The notes beneath the pieces are model-generated. The model was not told where the DNA came from. It did no database searches and was given only the letters and a program-made list of their open reading frames with translations. The position numbers and the translations under genes were made by a program. This document shows positions 18,079 to 29,965 of a stretch of DNA of 64,000 bases, in pieces. Each line of letters begins with the position of its first letter. Positions within the stretch are counted from its first letter, which is position 1. This DNA is from an uncultured Gemmatimonadales bacterium (lineage in GTDB: Bacteria > Gemmatimonadota > Gemmatimonadetes > Gemmatimonadales > GWC2-71-9): positions 1,568,001 through 1,632,000 of the forward strand of contig CAVSLV010000001.1 of assembly GCA_963728915.1 (NCBI GenBank), written 5' to 3'.

Positions 18079-18935
18079 CAGAACCTCCCTCCTGCCCCAC
18101 CCCCGCTGAAGCCGCCGCCGCCGCCGAACCCGCCGAACCCGCCTCCCCCGCTCCCGCCGCCGAATCCGCCAAACCCGCCGCGCCCTCCTCCCCCGAAGCC
18201 CCCCCAGAAAATCGGGGGAATACTACTGCGGCGTCGTCCCCCCCGCCCCCCAGGCCCGGGGCCGGAGCGCGATCCGGCGATCGCGATGATGATGACGGCC
18301 GCGATGATCGCCACGAAGAACAGCACCATCCCTTTGCCCGGGGATGACTCCCTGGCGGCCCTTCCGCCCGTGAGGGTGCTGTCGGTCAGGCCCATCCCGC
18401 GGGCAATCAGGGCCGAGAGCTGCTGCACACCCGCTTCCAGGCCGGCGCCATACTGCCGTTCCCGGAAGTAGGGGGTCATCAGATCCCTAACCCGCCCAGC
18501 CTGGAGGTCGGTGACGTAGCCTTCGACCCCCTGGCCGGTGGCGATGAAGATCTGCCCCGAATTGGGATCGACCTCGTTCCTGGGCACCAGCAGGATCACG
18601 ACCCCGGTGTTGCGCCGGGGATCGCCGATCGCGGCGCGGGCGCCGACCCCCCAGACCCGTCCGATCGCCACGGCGACGTCCACCGCGGCGCGGTCGCCGA
18701 TCGTGGGAAGGACCGCGATCGCGATCTCCGCCCCGGTGGAATCCCGGAGCCGCTGGGCCAGGATCTCGATCCGCGCCTTGGTGCCGGCATCGACTGCGCC
18801 AACCAGGTCGGTCACATACCCGGTTGGCGAGGAAGGAAAGAGTTTGGCGAGCTGCGGATCGACTTGCTGCGCCAGGGCCACTCGCGGGAGCGCCGCAAGT
18901 TGGAGCAGGCTTCCGAGCAGGATAGCTTTTCTCAA
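18078..18935 (-). CDS. TPM-domain (YgcG-like) membrane protein with Gly-rich tail
   Basis: GYVTDL, GAEIAIAVLPT, WGVG...NTGVVILL, IATGQGVEG, C-terminal GGGFSGGGAGGRF. Start uncertain (TTG 18935). Confidence 0.88.
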   Translation of the reverse strand: MRKAILLGSLLQLAALPRVALAQQVDPQLAKLFPSSPTGYVTDLVGAVDAGTKARIEILAQRLRDSTGAEIAIAVLPTIGDRAAVDVAVAIGRVWGVGARAAIGDPRRNTGVVILLVPRNEVDPNSGQIFIATGQGVEGYVTDLQAGRVRDLMTPYFRERQYGAGLEAGVQQLSALIARGMGLTDSTLTGGRAARESSPGKGMVLFFVAIIAAVIIIAIAGSRSGPGPGGRGGRRRSSIPPIFWGGFGGGGRGGFGGFGGGSGGGGFGGFGGGGGFSGGGAGGRF

Positions 18936-19675
18936 TGTGGCTCGCGGCACTCCTTCTCCTCCTCCTGACCGCCTCCTGCAGCGGTACCCAAACCGTCGTG
19001 GTCCAGGTGCTGGTGCCGGATCTGGCCGGTCGGGAAACCCCGCTGGCCGGCGTCGTGGTGACGGCTTCCCCCTACGATCGCGACAGCATCCTGGCGATCC
19101 TCGAGGAACGGGCGCCTGAACCGCGACCACATACGCAGGCGCTCGACAGCCTGTTTCAGGCGTTTCGTACTCCCTTCCTTGCCTTCGCACGGGCCACCTG
19201 GCAGCTGGATCAGCTGCGCCGGAAGCGTGACTCCCTCGTCACCGAACGGCAAGGGGCCCGGAGCGAGGCGGCTCGCGGTGAGCTCGGGCCCCGACTCTCC
19301 GCCGTGGAGGACTCGCTCCGGAGCCTGGAGCCCCAGGTTGCCCGTCTGCGCCAGAGCCTCGGCCGGGCCCGCGATACCTTGTGGCCCCGGATCGAGCGAC
19401 TCCGCGGCGACGTCGACCGCTGGGAAAAGGCCGCCCATGCCGGTTACGATTCGGCGGTCCGGGTGGCAACCCGGTCGCGGTTCGACGAACGGTTCACCGA
19501 TACCACCGATGCGCGCGGCTGGGTCCGTCTGGTGCTTCCGTCCGCCGGCTGGCGGGTGTTGACCCGCTCGCCCGACCTGGAAGACCCCAACGCGCAGTGG
19601 TCCTGGAATGTGCCGGTCACCGGCGATACCCTGCGACTCACCCCGGCCAACGCGCGTCATCTCCCGAGGTACTGA
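18935..19675 (+). CDS. Hypothetical lipoprotein with central coiled coil
   Basis: MWLAALLLLLLTASC lipobox; TAGCTT box 6 nt upstream; abuts the next gene. Confidence 0.7.
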   Translation: MWLAALLLLLLTASCSGTQTVVVQVLVPDLAGRETPLAGVVVTASPYDRDSILAILEERAPEPRPHTQALDSLFQAFRTPFLAFARATWQLDQLRRKRDSLVTERQGARSEAARGELGPRLSAVEDSLRSLEPQVARLRQSLGRARDTLWPRIERLRGDVDRWEKAAHAGYDSAVRVATRSRFDERFTDTTDARGWVRLVLPSAGWRVLTRSPDLEDPNAQWSWNVPVTGDTLRLTPANARHLPRY

Positions 19676-20284
19676 ATGTCCGTTCGCCCCTTCCTGCTCG
19701 CCTCCACCGTCGCCCTGCTGGCCGGCCGGCTGCCGGCCCAGACCGACCCGCTGGCCGCTCGCACCAAGGGCTCGCCCCACGCGCCGGTGACGGTGTACGA
19801 GATGTCCGATTTCCAGTGTCCCTTCTGCAAGCGTCACGTGGACCAGACTTTCCCCGCCCTGGAGAAGGAGTACATCGCCACGGGAAAGGTCCGCTGGATC
19901 TTCATCAACTTCCCGCTCAACATCCACCGGAATGCTCCCCCCGCCGCCGAGTTCGCGATGTGCGCCGCGCGGGATGGGAAGTTCTGGCCCGCCCACGACC
20001 TGCTCTACCGCCATCAGAACGACTGGGCCGAGCTTCCTAACCCGGGGACCTATTTCCTGGGGCTGACCGATTCGCTCAAGCTCCCGCGCGACAAGATGCG
20101 CGCCTGCCTGGAGAGCGGGGCCACCCGGAGCGAGATCAAGGACGACGCGGACGGCGCGCTGCGCTCCGGCGCGGTCAGCACCCCGTCCTTCTACATCGAG
20201 GGCGGAATGCTGGTGGGGGCGCTGCCTCCCGCAATCTGGCGCCCGATCCTCGATTCGGTCTACAAGGCCAAAACCGGCAAATAG
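19676..20284 (+). CDS. DsbA/thioredoxin-fold periplasmic oxidoreductase
   Basis: Signal peptide, SDFQCPFC, STPSF cis-Pro motif. Confidence 0.9.
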   Translation: MSVRPFLLASTVALLAGRLPAQTDPLAARTKGSPHAPVTVYEMSDFQCPFCKRHVDQTFPALEKEYIATGKVRWIFINFPLNIHRNAPPAAEFAMCAARDGKFWPAHDLLYRHQNDWAELPNPGTYFLGLTDSLKLPRDKMRACLESGATRSEIKDDADGALRSGAVSTPSFYIEGGMLVGALPPAIWRPILDSVYKAKTGK

Positions 20285-20290
20285 AGGGCG

Positions 20291-21616
20291 TTGCCCAGCT
20301 TCGCCTACCGCGCGCTCCTTCGCCTGGGCATCGGCCTGGCGCCGCTTGCGGGCCGGCGCAATGCGAAGATCCGGGCCGGGCTGGCGGAGCGCCGGGGGCT
20401 GCTCGCGCGCTATCGTGCATTCGGTGCGGCGGATCGCGATCGATCCCGGCCTCTCCTCTGGATCCACGCCGCCTCCCTCGGAGAGGCCCGCCAGGCCGAG
20501 GCGGTCCTGGAAGAGCTCCGCCGGGGCCATCCCGGCTGGCAGATCGCCTGGACCTGGTTCAGCCCTTCCGCGAGCGGGTTAGGAGGGGACCCCCGGGCCG
20601 ATTTTGCCGCCTGCCTGCCCTGGGATCGGCCCCCCGACGTCGAGACCGCGCTCGACGCGCTTCGCCCCAACGCCCTGGTGTTCGCCAAGCTCGACCTCTG
20701 GCCCGAGCTGGCCTGCCGGGCCGCCGCTCGTGGCGCGGCCGTCGGCCTGATCGGCGGGACCGTCAGCCCCCACTCGCGCCGGCTCCGGTGGCCGGCTCGT
20801 CCTCTGATCGCCCCCGGATACCGGGTGGTCCGCCGGGCCGGAGCGATCAGCGCCGATGACGCCGGGCGACTCGTTCGGCTGGGCATCCCGACGGAGCGGA
20901 TGACGATCACCGGGGACCCCCGGTTCGACAGCGCGCTGGCCCGGGCACTGGCGGTAGGGCAGAACGATCCGCTCCGCCGCTATGCGGCGGCCGGTCCCAC
21001 CCTGGTGGCGGGGTCCACCTGGCCGGAGGACGAGGTCAGGCTGCTCGCCGCCTACCGAACGGTGCGGGCCTCCTTTGCCGAAGCGCGCCTGATCCTGGTT
21101 CCCCACGAGCCCACCCCGGCCCATCTGGCCGGGGTGGACCGGCGTTGCCGGGAGGCGGATCTTCCTAACCCGCTCCGGCTCAGCAACCGGCCCGACCCGG
21201 AAACGACGCCTCTGCTGGTGGTGGATCGGATCGGTCCCCTGCCGCTGTTCTACGCCGACGCCGCGATCGCGTACGTGGGCGGCGGGTTCGGCCGGCGCGG
21301 ACTCCACTCGGTGCTGGAACCCGCCGCGGCCGGCGTCCCGACCCTGTTCGGACCGGAATGGCGAGGCAGCCCCGACGCCGGGGCGTTGCTCGCCGCCGAG
21401 GGGGCGGCGGCACTGGCTCGTCCCTTCCCTCGATGGATCCGCCCCGATGCCAGTCCCGAACGCCGCGACGACGAGCTGGTCGTCCTCTGGCTCGCCCTGC
21501 TGCACGACCTCGAACAGGCTCGTGCCGCCGGGGCGCGCGCCCGCGCTTTCGTCGAGGCCGGACTTGGCGCCGCCGCTCGAAGTGCCGTGCTGGTGGAGCA
21601 GTTAATGGAGGGTTAG
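20291..21616 (+). CDS. waaA: Kdo transferase
   Basis: LWIHAASLGE, LPWD, DLWP, ITGDPRFD, VAGSTW, LVPHEP, YVGGGF...HSVLEPA. Confidence 0.88.
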   Translation: MPSFAYRALLRLGIGLAPLAGRRNAKIRAGLAERRGLLARYRAFGAADRDRSRPLLWIHAASLGEARQAEAVLEELRRGHPGWQIAWTWFSPSASGLGGDPRADFAACLPWDRPPDVETALDALRPNALVFAKLDLWPELACRAAARGAAVGLIGGTVSPHSRRLRWPARPLIAPGYRVVRRAGAISADDAGRLVRLGIPTERMTITGDPRFDSALARALAVGQNDPLRRYAAAGPTLVAGSTWPEDEVRLLAAYRTVRASFAEARLILVPHEPTPAHLAGVDRRCREADLPNPLRLSNRPDPETTPLLVVDRIGPLPLFYADAAIAYVGGGFGRRGLHSVLEPAAAGVPTLFGPEWRGSPDAGALLAAEGAAALARPFPRWIRPDASPERRDDELVVLWLALLHDLEQARAAGARARAFVEAGLGAAARSAVLVEQLMEG

Positions 21617-21966
21617 GGCTCGACGACCACGCCCTGGTAGGTCACGGTCCGTGGAACGATGAGACCGCCAGTGAGGATCGTGAACAGCACATCGCTCCAC
21701 GAGCTCCGCACCTTGATACGCAGATCCGCGACCGAGGCGCCGCCGACGAGCTGACGGTTCAGCGCCTTCTGCAGGTTGGGAGAGGAGAGCGTGATCAGGC
21801 CGAAGAGACCGTGCACACTGTGGCCGCTGGTCTGGAACGCCGACCCCTGGGGAGGAGCCCCCGCCGCGGAGGCCATGGTGACCGGGACCCCGAGGCTGGT
21901 CGCATCGAAGGTCTGCACGCAGCCCGCGGTCCCGAGCAGAACCACGAGGAGGGCGGCGCGCCTCAC
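21613..21966 (-). CDS. Small lipoprotein (Bor-like/unknown)
   Basis: Lipobox TAGC; TILTGGLIVPRTV pattern reminiscent of Bor-type lipoproteins. Confidence 0.65.
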   Translation of the reverse strand: MRRAALLVVLLGTAGCVQTFDATSLGVPVTMASAAGAPPQGSAFQTSGHSVHGLFGLITLSSPNLQKALNRQLVGGASVADLRIKVRSSWSDVLFTILTGGLIVPRTVTYQGVVVEP

Positions 21967-22619
21967 GTCCCGACCTTGAAGCCCACCCCGATGCTCAGCA
22001 CCGAGGGATGGGCCCCGCTCCCCGCGCTGACCCGGTCGTACATGGCCCGCAGGGACAATCCACTCAGGAAGCCCACGTCGACCCCACCGCTGATGCCGAA
22101 TTTGGCCCGGGTGCCGTCCACGATGCCGGCCCCCGATTGGTGCAGCACGTCGACCCGGGGAGCGATCCAGGGCTTGATGCTGAACGCCGGGTTAGGAATC
22201 GTCACCCCGAGACCCAGCCCGGCGGGAAAGTGCCAGGTGGTGATGTCGTCCCCCTCGACCGAGCTGGTTCGGGTCCGGGCCGCGCCGCCCTGCATGGTGA
22301 TGGCGAGGGGAATCAGGGGCCCGCCGAACACCTTGAGGTTCACCGTCCCGCCCACCGAGGTCACCGCGTCGGCATCCTTGGGGCTCCAGCGATCGACGCT
22401 CGCGGTGACGCCGAGGGGCCCGAGCCCCACGAAACCGGTGGCGCCGATCGCGGTGCCCTTCCCCAGGTCCGCATTGGGAAACCCCAGATCCGCCGCGATC
22501 CCGATCCCGGTCCCGATCCCGGCGTTGCGGACCGGAAGCCCGGTGACCTGCCCCCGGAGACCGGCGGGCAGGACCACGGCGCCTCCCAGCACCGCGAGGA
22601 GACTCAATCGAAACCGCAT
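21963..22619 (-). CDS. Putative outer-membrane beta-barrel protein
   Basis: Signal peptide, Gly/aromatic alternating strands, C-terminal SIGVGF. Confidence 0.7.
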   Translation of the reverse strand: MRFRLSLLAVLGGAVVLPAGLRGQVTGLPVRNAGIGTGIGIAADLGFPNADLGKGTAIGATGFVGLGPLGVTASVDRWSPKDADAVTSVGGTVNLKVFGGPLIPLAITMQGGAARTRTSSVEGDDITTWHFPAGLGLGVTIPNPAFSIKPWIAPRVDVLHQSGAGIVDGTRAKFGISGGVDVGFLSGLSLRAMYDRVSAGSGAHPSVLSIGVGFKVGT

Positions 22620-22656
22620 GAACTGGAGCTCCCGGGCGTTGCGCCCCTTGGAGAAA

Positions 22657-23259
22657 TCAGCGGGCGAAGGCCGCGCCGATGGAGAAATTCTCGATGTCGC
22701 CGATGCCCACCGCCGCCCGGATCTCGAACCGCCGGCTGAGCCGGAGATCTCCCCCCAGCCCGAGCGCGATCAGCAGATCGCTGCCGCCCTTGCCGAAGGT
22801 CGGCACCAGCACCGGCTCGGCGTAGGGCACCAGGCTTATGCTGGAATTCTCGAAGGTAATCCGTCTGCCGATCGAGAGACCAACCGGGAGGAAAAGACGG
22901 GAAGCGTCCTTGACGAGCCGGCTGCCCACCCCGACGATCACCGCGCCGTCAAGGGGGAAGTCCTGGGTCTGGTCAAAGACCCGCACCCGGCCATCCACTC
23001 CGGCGAGCAGACCGGTGCGACCTCCCGCGCCACCATCGATCACCCCACCTCGCAACGAAAGGTCCCAGCGGCCACCGGCCTGGCTCATGCCATAGAAACC
23101 CTCGACGGTGATGTTACCCTGATCGGAGACATTCCCGCCCAGCTCGTAGCGTTCGAAGTTCCGATAGGGCGCGTGGAAGACCGGAGTGCCGGTCGATTGC
23201 GCCGCGAGCGGGCCGCCCAGAGCCAGGAGGAGCAGGCCCGGGATCGCTTTATCCAGCAT
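22657..23259 (-). CDS. Putative outer-membrane beta-barrel protein
   Basis: Start ATG 23259 (MLDKAIPGLLLLALGGPLAAQ) overlapping atpC; beta-strand pattern; C-terminal FSIGAAF. Confidence 0.7.
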   Translation of the reverse strand: MLDKAIPGLLLLALGGPLAAQSTGTPVFHAPYRNFERYELGGNVSDQGNITVEGFYGMSQAGGRWDLSLRGGVIDGGAGGRTGLLAGVDGRVRVFDQTQDFPLDGAVIVGVGSRLVKDASRLFLPVGLSIGRRITFENSSISLVPYAEPVLVPTFGKGGSDLLIALGLGGDLRLSRRFEIRAAVGIGDIENFSIGAAFAR

Positions 23260-23508
23260 CGTTCTCTCCCTGAATTTGTTCCGCGACGATGCGAACGGTG
23301 TTGGAGACGACCTGCAGAAAACCGCCCTGCACACGGAAGCTGCGCAGCGCGCCCCCTGCGCGAATCGAGAGCGTGCCGCGTCCCAGCAGGGTCATGAACG
23401 GGGCGTGCTTCGGGAGAATGCCGACTTCGCCGTCGAACGCCGGCGCGACCAGGCTCTCGGCCTCGCCCTCGAAGACGGTCCGCTCGGGACTGATCACCAG
23501 CACCTGCA

Positions 23509-23509
<1 letters not shown>
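23249..23509 (-). CDS. atpC: ATP synthase F1 epsilon (short, beta-sandwich only)
   Basis: VISPERTVFEG, GEVGILPKHAPF, VQGGFLQV; 86 aa. Confidence 0.93.
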
Positions 23510-25908
<2,399 letters not shown>

Positions 25909-25909
<1 letters not shown>

Positions 25910-27486
25910 TACTCGGAACGGAAGAGCGGCTTGAACGCTTCGATGGCCGCTTTCAGGTTGGCGGTGGTGGCGTCGTCCAGCGCCTTCCTGGTGCGAATGG
26001 TCTCGAGCGGCTCGCCGGGCGCGCTCTCCAGGTACTCGAGGAAGTCCCGCTCCCACTTCCGGATCTGCTTCACATCCACGTCATCCAGGAACCCGTTGGT
26101 GGCCGCGAAGATGATGGCGACCTGGCGCTCGACCGGGACCGGGGCGTACTGAGGCTGCTTGAGGATCTCCACCAGCCGGGAACCCCGCGCGAGCTGCCGC
26201 TGAGTGGCGGCATCGAGATCGGAGCCGAACTGGGCGAAGGCCTCGAGCTCACGGAACTGCGCCAGCGAGAGCCGCAGCGGTCCCGCCACCTGTTTCATCG
26301 CCTTGATCTGGGCATTCCCGCCGACCCGGCTCACGCTGATGCCGGGATCCACCGCGGGGCGCACGTTGGCGTAGAAGAGATCGGTGGTCAGGAAGATCTG
26401 CCCGTCGGTGATCGAAATCACGTTGGTCGGGATGTAGGCGGAGACGTCGCCCGCCTGGGTCTCGATGATCGGCAGCGCGGTGAGCGACCCCCCGGGCCTC
26501 TTGATGCGGGGATCCAGCTTGATGACCCCGGGATCCTCGGCGATCTTCGCGGCCCGCTCCAGCAGCCGGCTGTGGAGATAGAAGACGTCGCCGGGATAGG
26601 CCTCGCGCCCGGGCGGGCGACGAAGAATCAGCGACATCTGCCGGTACGCCGCCGCCTGCTTCGACAGATCGTCGTACACGCACAGCGTCGCCTTGCCTTC
26701 GGCGTACATGAAATGCTCGGCGATGGCACAGCCCGCGTAGGGCGCGATGAACTGAAGCGGCGCGGGCTCCGACGCGGAAGCCACCACCACGATGGTGTAG
26801 TCCATCGCCCCGGTTTCCTTGAGGCGCTCCACCACGGTGGCCACGGTCGAGCGCTTCTGCCCGATCGCGACGTACACACAGACCACGCCGGTGCCCTTCT
26901 GATTGATGATGGTGTCGATCGCGATCGCGGTCTTTCCGGTGCCTCGGTCGCCGATGATCAGCTCCCGCTGGCCCCGGCCGATCGGGATCATGGAGTCGAT
27001 CGCCTTGATCCCGGTCTGCAACGGCTCCTTGACCGGCTGCCGCACGATGATGCCCGGCGCGATCATCTCGACCGGTCGGTGCCCCTCCGCCTTGATGGGC
27101 CCTCGGCCGTCCACCGGATTGCCGAGGGCACCGACCACCCGCCCCAGCATCGCGGAGCCCACCGGGACTTCGAGCAGATGCCCAGTACAGCGTACCTCAT
27201 CCCCTTCCTTGAGCTTGAGGTAGTCGCCCATGATCGCGGCGCCCACATTGTCCTGCTCGAGATTGAGCACCAGGCCGGAGATGACCTCGCCGGTTTCCGA
27301 GGAGGTGAATTCCAGCATTTCGCCGGCGAGGGCCCGCTTGAGCCCATAGATCCGGGCCACGCCGTCACGCACTTCGAGGGTGGTACCGACTTCGGCGGTA
27401 TCGGCCTGGGCGAGGCTGGCTGCCTCGATCTCTCGAAGCAGGATCTCCTTCAGCTCGCCGGGACGGAGAATGGATTCAGTCGCCAT
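25909..27486 (-). CDS. atpA: ATP synthase F1 alpha
   Basis: [40 protein letters not shown]. Confidence 0.98.
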
Positions 27487-27540
27487 GGGTCCGGGTCGTG
27501 GGGACGAGAAAAGGTATCGATTTGGTGTTTGTGAAAAATA

Positions 27541-28332
27541 TCACAAGCGAGCAGTCTCGCGCAAGACCAGGGGAGCTCGGCCGCTTCGCCGGATGAAGCG
27601 CCGAACCAGGTCGCGCCAGCCGAGCCTCCGCGCTTCGGCGAGCCCGGTGCCGAGCACCCGGCGCACCGTGGTCCGCAGGTGGGTCGGACTGGAGAACCCG
27701 AGGAGTCGCGCCACCGCGTTCCGGTCGTAACCGGGGTTGCCGAACAGCTCAAGCGCTACCGTAACGGTGAGGAAATCGCTCAGGCGCTTGAGGTTCGGAG
27801 CTCCCCCCGCCCCGAACTGTCTCGAGAGGTGTTCGCGCGAAACACCCAGTGAGCGGGCCAGCTGGACCGGACCAGGAGGCCGTCCCGGAGCGGCGGATAG
27901 CAGCTCCCAGGCGCCCCGCTGCAGTGGCTCACTGAGACCCAGGATCCGGGGAAGCTCCGCCCGATTTGGCAAGCGGCGGCGGGAAGCACCCTCCCGTGCC
28001 GCGATCGAACCCGCGATGGTCTCGTCGATCCCCTCGACCACGAGCTGGGTCACGCCCACCGCATCCCATCGCATCACCAGCTCGGCATCCTCGGCTCGCA
28101 CCGGCCCCATGAGAATGATCGGGATCGTCGGGTAGCGGCCTCGAAGCGGCGCAAGATCGACCCGCCGGGCGAGCTGGGTGCTCATCACGATCGTATCGAT
28201 CAGCCGGTGCTGGAGCTGGTGCTCGAGGCGGGGGATGGTGCGACAGGACACCAGGCGGGAGCCTCGCGGGAGGGATCGCCGGAGTGCGTTGCGAGCGTTG
28301 CGGCCTTCGAGCACCGCGGCGATCCCTGCCAT
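27541..28332 (-). CDS. Regulator: degenerate receiver-like N-domain plus AraC-type double HTH
   Basis: LARSLGVSREHLSR and VARLLGFSSPTHLRTTVRRVLG HTH motifs. Confidence 0.75.
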   Translation of the reverse strand: MAGIAAVLEGRNARNALRRSLPRGSRLVSCRTIPRLEHQLQHRLIDTIVMSTQLARRVDLAPLRGRYPTIPIILMGPVRAEDAELVMRWDAVGVTQLVVEGIDETIAGSIAAREGASRRRLPNRAELPRILGLSEPLQRGAWELLSAAPGRPPGPVQLARSLGVSREHLSRQFGAGGAPNLKRLSDFLTVTVALELFGNPGYDRNAVARLLGFSSPTHLRTTVRRVLGTGLAEARRLGWRDLVRRFIRRSGRAPLVLRETARL

Positions 28333-28341
28333 CGCCAACGA

Positions 28342-28848
28342 TCAGGGAACTCGGTCCGGCTCGGTTTCGGTCTTGCCGGCGCTGGTGGCGCGACCTTTTC
28401 CGGCGGGAACCAGGGTCCGGGCCATGTCCGCTCCTCGCCGCAGGACACTGCGCGCGTTGTCGTAGCTCAGCTCCTCGAGGGCCTTCTCGAGGGGCAGCCA
28501 CTGGCAGGCGGTGATTCCCTCGTCGCGCTGGGGGATGGTTTCTCCCGCGGGGGACTCGAACAGAAAAAAATGGCAGAACTTGTGGATGAATTTTCCCCGG
28601 AACCGGAAATACCAGTCGATGATCCGGATTGGCCCGTGCGGGATCAGGTCCCGGAGGCCGGTTTCTTCCTCGGTTTCCCGGAGGGCGGCGGCGGCAGGGG
28701 CCTCATTCTCTTCGAGATGTCCCTTGGGAAAGCCCCAATTCTCGTAGGAATCCCGGATCAGGAGAAACCGGATTTCCCTGGGATGGTCCGGCGTCCGGCG
28801 AAACACGATCCCGCCGGCGGAGACCTCGCGCTCAGGACGGCGTTTCAT
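28342..28848 (-). CDS. NUDIX hydrolase (Ap4A-hydrolase-like)
   Basis: WGFPKGHLEENEAPAAAALRETEEETGL Nudix box. Confidence 0.92.
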   Translation of the reverse strand: MKRRPEREVSAGGIVFRRTPDHPREIRFLLIRDSYENWGFPKGHLEENEAPAAAALRETEEETGLRDLIPHGPIRIIDWYFRFRGKFIHKFCHFFLFESPAGETIPQRDEGITACQWLPLEKALEELSYDNARSVLRRGADMARTLVPAGKGRATSAGKTETEPDRVP

Positions 28849-28852
28849 CGCG

Positions 28853-28961
28853 CGAGGGGTGAGTGGTGAGGAATGAGGGGTGAGGAGGGGCCGCCGGCCC
28901 TCCGACTCTCGCCGTCGCCTCCCACCTCCTCACACCTCACACCCCGCACCTCATGTCTCAT
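28853..28961. repeat. Inverted heptamer (TGAGG-type) arrays, potential hairpin
   Basis: GGGGTGA GTGGTGA GGAATGA GGGGTGA ... CCTCACA CCTCACA CCCCGCA CCTCA. Confidence 0.7.
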
Positions 28962-29965
28962 CAGAAGACCGAAAACCGGAAATACCGCCGTGGATTGGCC
29001 TGAATGTCAGCCAACAGGGTCCGGAGCTGACGCACCGCTCCGGTCGCTTCATGGTAGAGCGTCGAATCCCGCGCCAGGAGCGAGAGGGTGCCCCTCCCCT
29101 CCTGAACCCGGGTGAGGAGCGAGTCGCTCGTCTCGAGCACCCGAATCAGACTCTGCCGATGCTCCTTGACGTCGCTCACGATGCTCTGCATGTCGGCGGT
29201 GAGTTCGCGGAGCGCGGTGCCGGCTTCCCGGGTCTGGCTCATCAACTCCTGGAGCTGGCCGTTCGCGGTCGCCGAGTCCACCCGCCCCATGACGGTATTG
29301 AAGCGGCGCGATCCGACGTCGACTTCTCCAGAGGCGCGGGTCAGGTTGCCCGACATGCGCGAGAAGTTCTCGCTCTGCTGGTTGGCCATGTCGGTCAGCC
29401 GCTGCACCGTCGTCCGAAGATCCTTGAGGCTCGCCCGGACGTCCGCCACCGCGGCGGAATCCAGCGCCCCGCCGATCCGATTGGTGATGGTTCCGATGTC
29501 GCCCGCGATCCGGCTGGCCTGGAGGGTGATCTCGCCGATATCCGGCAGGGTGGTTCCCGGCCAGACCTCGCCTCCGACCGCTGCCGCTTCGGTGAGCTGC
29601 CGCTGCACCAGGTCGGACGGAGCCTCCTCGATATCGAGGATGTTGACCCGCCATTCTCCGAACAGCGTCGCGGGCGCGGCAATCGCCGCCGGATGCGCCG
29701 GCAGCTTCTGATCGCGTTTGATCCGGAGCTCGGCCTCCACCCAGTCGTCCTCCGCGACCCGAATCGAGGCCACCCGTCCCACCTTGACCCCGCGGAGGTA
29801 CACGTTGGCGCCGGGCCCCAGCCCGCCCACCGAACGGAATCTGGCGACCTGGACTTCATCCGGCCCACGCAGCGGAATCTGGCCCAGGGCAATGGCCCCG
29901 ACGATCACCAGCGCCACCGCCACGATGGTGATCGCGCCGACCAGGAACTCGTTGGATCGCTTCAT
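28961..29965 (-). CDS. mlaD: MCE/MlaD-family protein
   Basis: N-terminal TM, GGLGPGANVYLRGVKVGRV, long helical region, DIQANPRRY. Confidence 0.88.
   Translation of the reverse strand: MKRSNEFLVGAITIVAVALVIVGAIALGQIPLRGPDEVQVARFRSVGGLGPGANVYLRGVKVGRVASIRVAEDDWVEAELRIKRDQKLPAHPAAIAAPATLFGEWRVNILDIEEAPSDLVQRQLTEAAAVGGEVWPGTTLPDIGEITLQASRIAGDIGTITNRIGGALDSAAVADVRASLKDLRTTVQRLTDMANQQSENFSRMSGNLTRASGEVDVGSRRFNTVMGRVDSATANGQLQELMSQTREAGTALRELTADMQSIVSDVKEHRQSLIRVLETSDSLLTRVQEGRGTLSLLARDSTLYHEATGAVRQLRTLLADIQANPRRYFRFSVF

Noticed and set aside
18090..18260. CCG-rich repeats
   Set aside because: Explained by the Gly-rich GGFGG tail typical of TPM-domain proteins; codon-period repeat.
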